Under the pieces are notes generated by a model. It worked only from the letters and a program-made list of their open reading frames with translations. It searched no databases and was not told where the DNA came from. From Eledone cirrhosa (lineage: Eukaryota), in NCBI GenBank assembly GCA_964016885.1, contig OZ024740.1, positions 205,096,001-205,160,000 of the forward strand: DNA of 64,000 nucleotides, written 5' to 3'. Below are positions 63,201 through 64,000 of this stretch, piece by piece; within the stretch, counting starts at the first letter, position 1, and every line of letters begins with the position of its first letter. The position numbers were made by a program, and so were the translations under genes.

Positions 63201-63780
63201 GGTGGCAGGTTGTTCTGGTTTAGTTTCTCAGAGTTGTTGCAGTTTTTTCATTGCCAGTTATTGTGGGTAGACCACACTCAGACCAGCTAGTATCTCTCTT
63301 CCACGTTTCACCAGCCTTAACAAACCTCCAGATCTGCCCATCATCACGCAGACTAAAACTTTCATGTTGTGCTGAGTTCCAATTCAAGGAAGCTGCAGCA
63401 CGTAGCTTTGGGCGTACATGGGGTGGTAGGCCTGGGCATGTTCGGAAGGTAATCCGATTTTCACGCCCAGCTTTAACAGAGGCCAGATGGTATGAGATTG
63501 CCTCAGCTGGGTCCGAAAAAGACAGCCTGATGAGTCTGGGTTTTGGACCAGGTCGACCAAGGCGGAGAGCACCTTTTGGGGGAACACAGCCTAGGTCTTT
63601 GGCTGAGCTGGCAGCAAATGCCTGAAGATCAGCCTTGTCCTCTGGTACCCCAATAGCAATTACTTCATGGGTAGCAGATTACGCAGTCTTCTCAGTGTGC
63701 CCAGATACAACAAGAGGTGCAGGGAGATTCTTTAGCAAGGCATTCCGATAAGACCCCTCATTGTGGGGTCCTACCCGAAT
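60250..63780 (-). mobile_element. Near full-length CR1-type LINE, frameshifted (ORF1 remnant + APE-RT)
   Basis: APE: SLNARSL, TETW, RKDR...GGGV, GDFNHP, LDLIF. RT: NYRPVSLTS, YLDFAKAF, GVPQGSVLGP, YADD. ORF1-like RLGRPGPKPRLIRLSF at ~63520-63570. (taa)n tail. The 5' boundary is approximate. Confidence 0.92.
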
Positions 63781-64000
63781 GCTTGCCTTTATTCCTGTTA
63801 CTTCCCTTCGTATAGCATAATCAATTCCCGTTTATATATTTTCTATATAATTTAGTCCGAATAAGAGTATAATGATTTCATTTATTTTATTTATTGGCCA
63901 CAAGAATAAGAGTATAATGAATACGGTAAAGTAAATTGGGCTTATAATGTAACATAACCATTTTAAAACAATTCAAAATGAAATGCGATAATGTCATTTA

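Overview
AT-rich animal genomic DNA, most like an octopus/coleoid cephalopod (inferred from SINE and LINE types and microsatellite density). The only host-gene sequence found is one 107-bp minus-strand coding exon of cystathionine beta-synthase (CBS, 2176-2282); the rest is probably its very large upstream intron. Nearly everything else is mobile DNA set in long (TA)n arrays: four RTE-clade LINE families (three with a PHD-like C4HC3 finger inside the RT, one with an unbroken 1039-aa ORF), a CR1-type LINE, a CRE-like RLE fragment, tRNA-derived SINEs, a piggyBac-type MITE and a Naiad-type Penelope-like element (RT + GIY-YIG). The ORF track hides the most notable signal: 11 unrelated families of type I hammerhead-ribozyme motifs (21 copies). 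Most lie in short non-coding elements arranged as head-to-tail repeats (482, ~627 and ~1297 nt units) or fold-back inverted repeats. This suggests a diverse retrozyme-like / non-autonomous Penelope community. All ribozyme folds were read by eye and are not computationally or experimentally tested.
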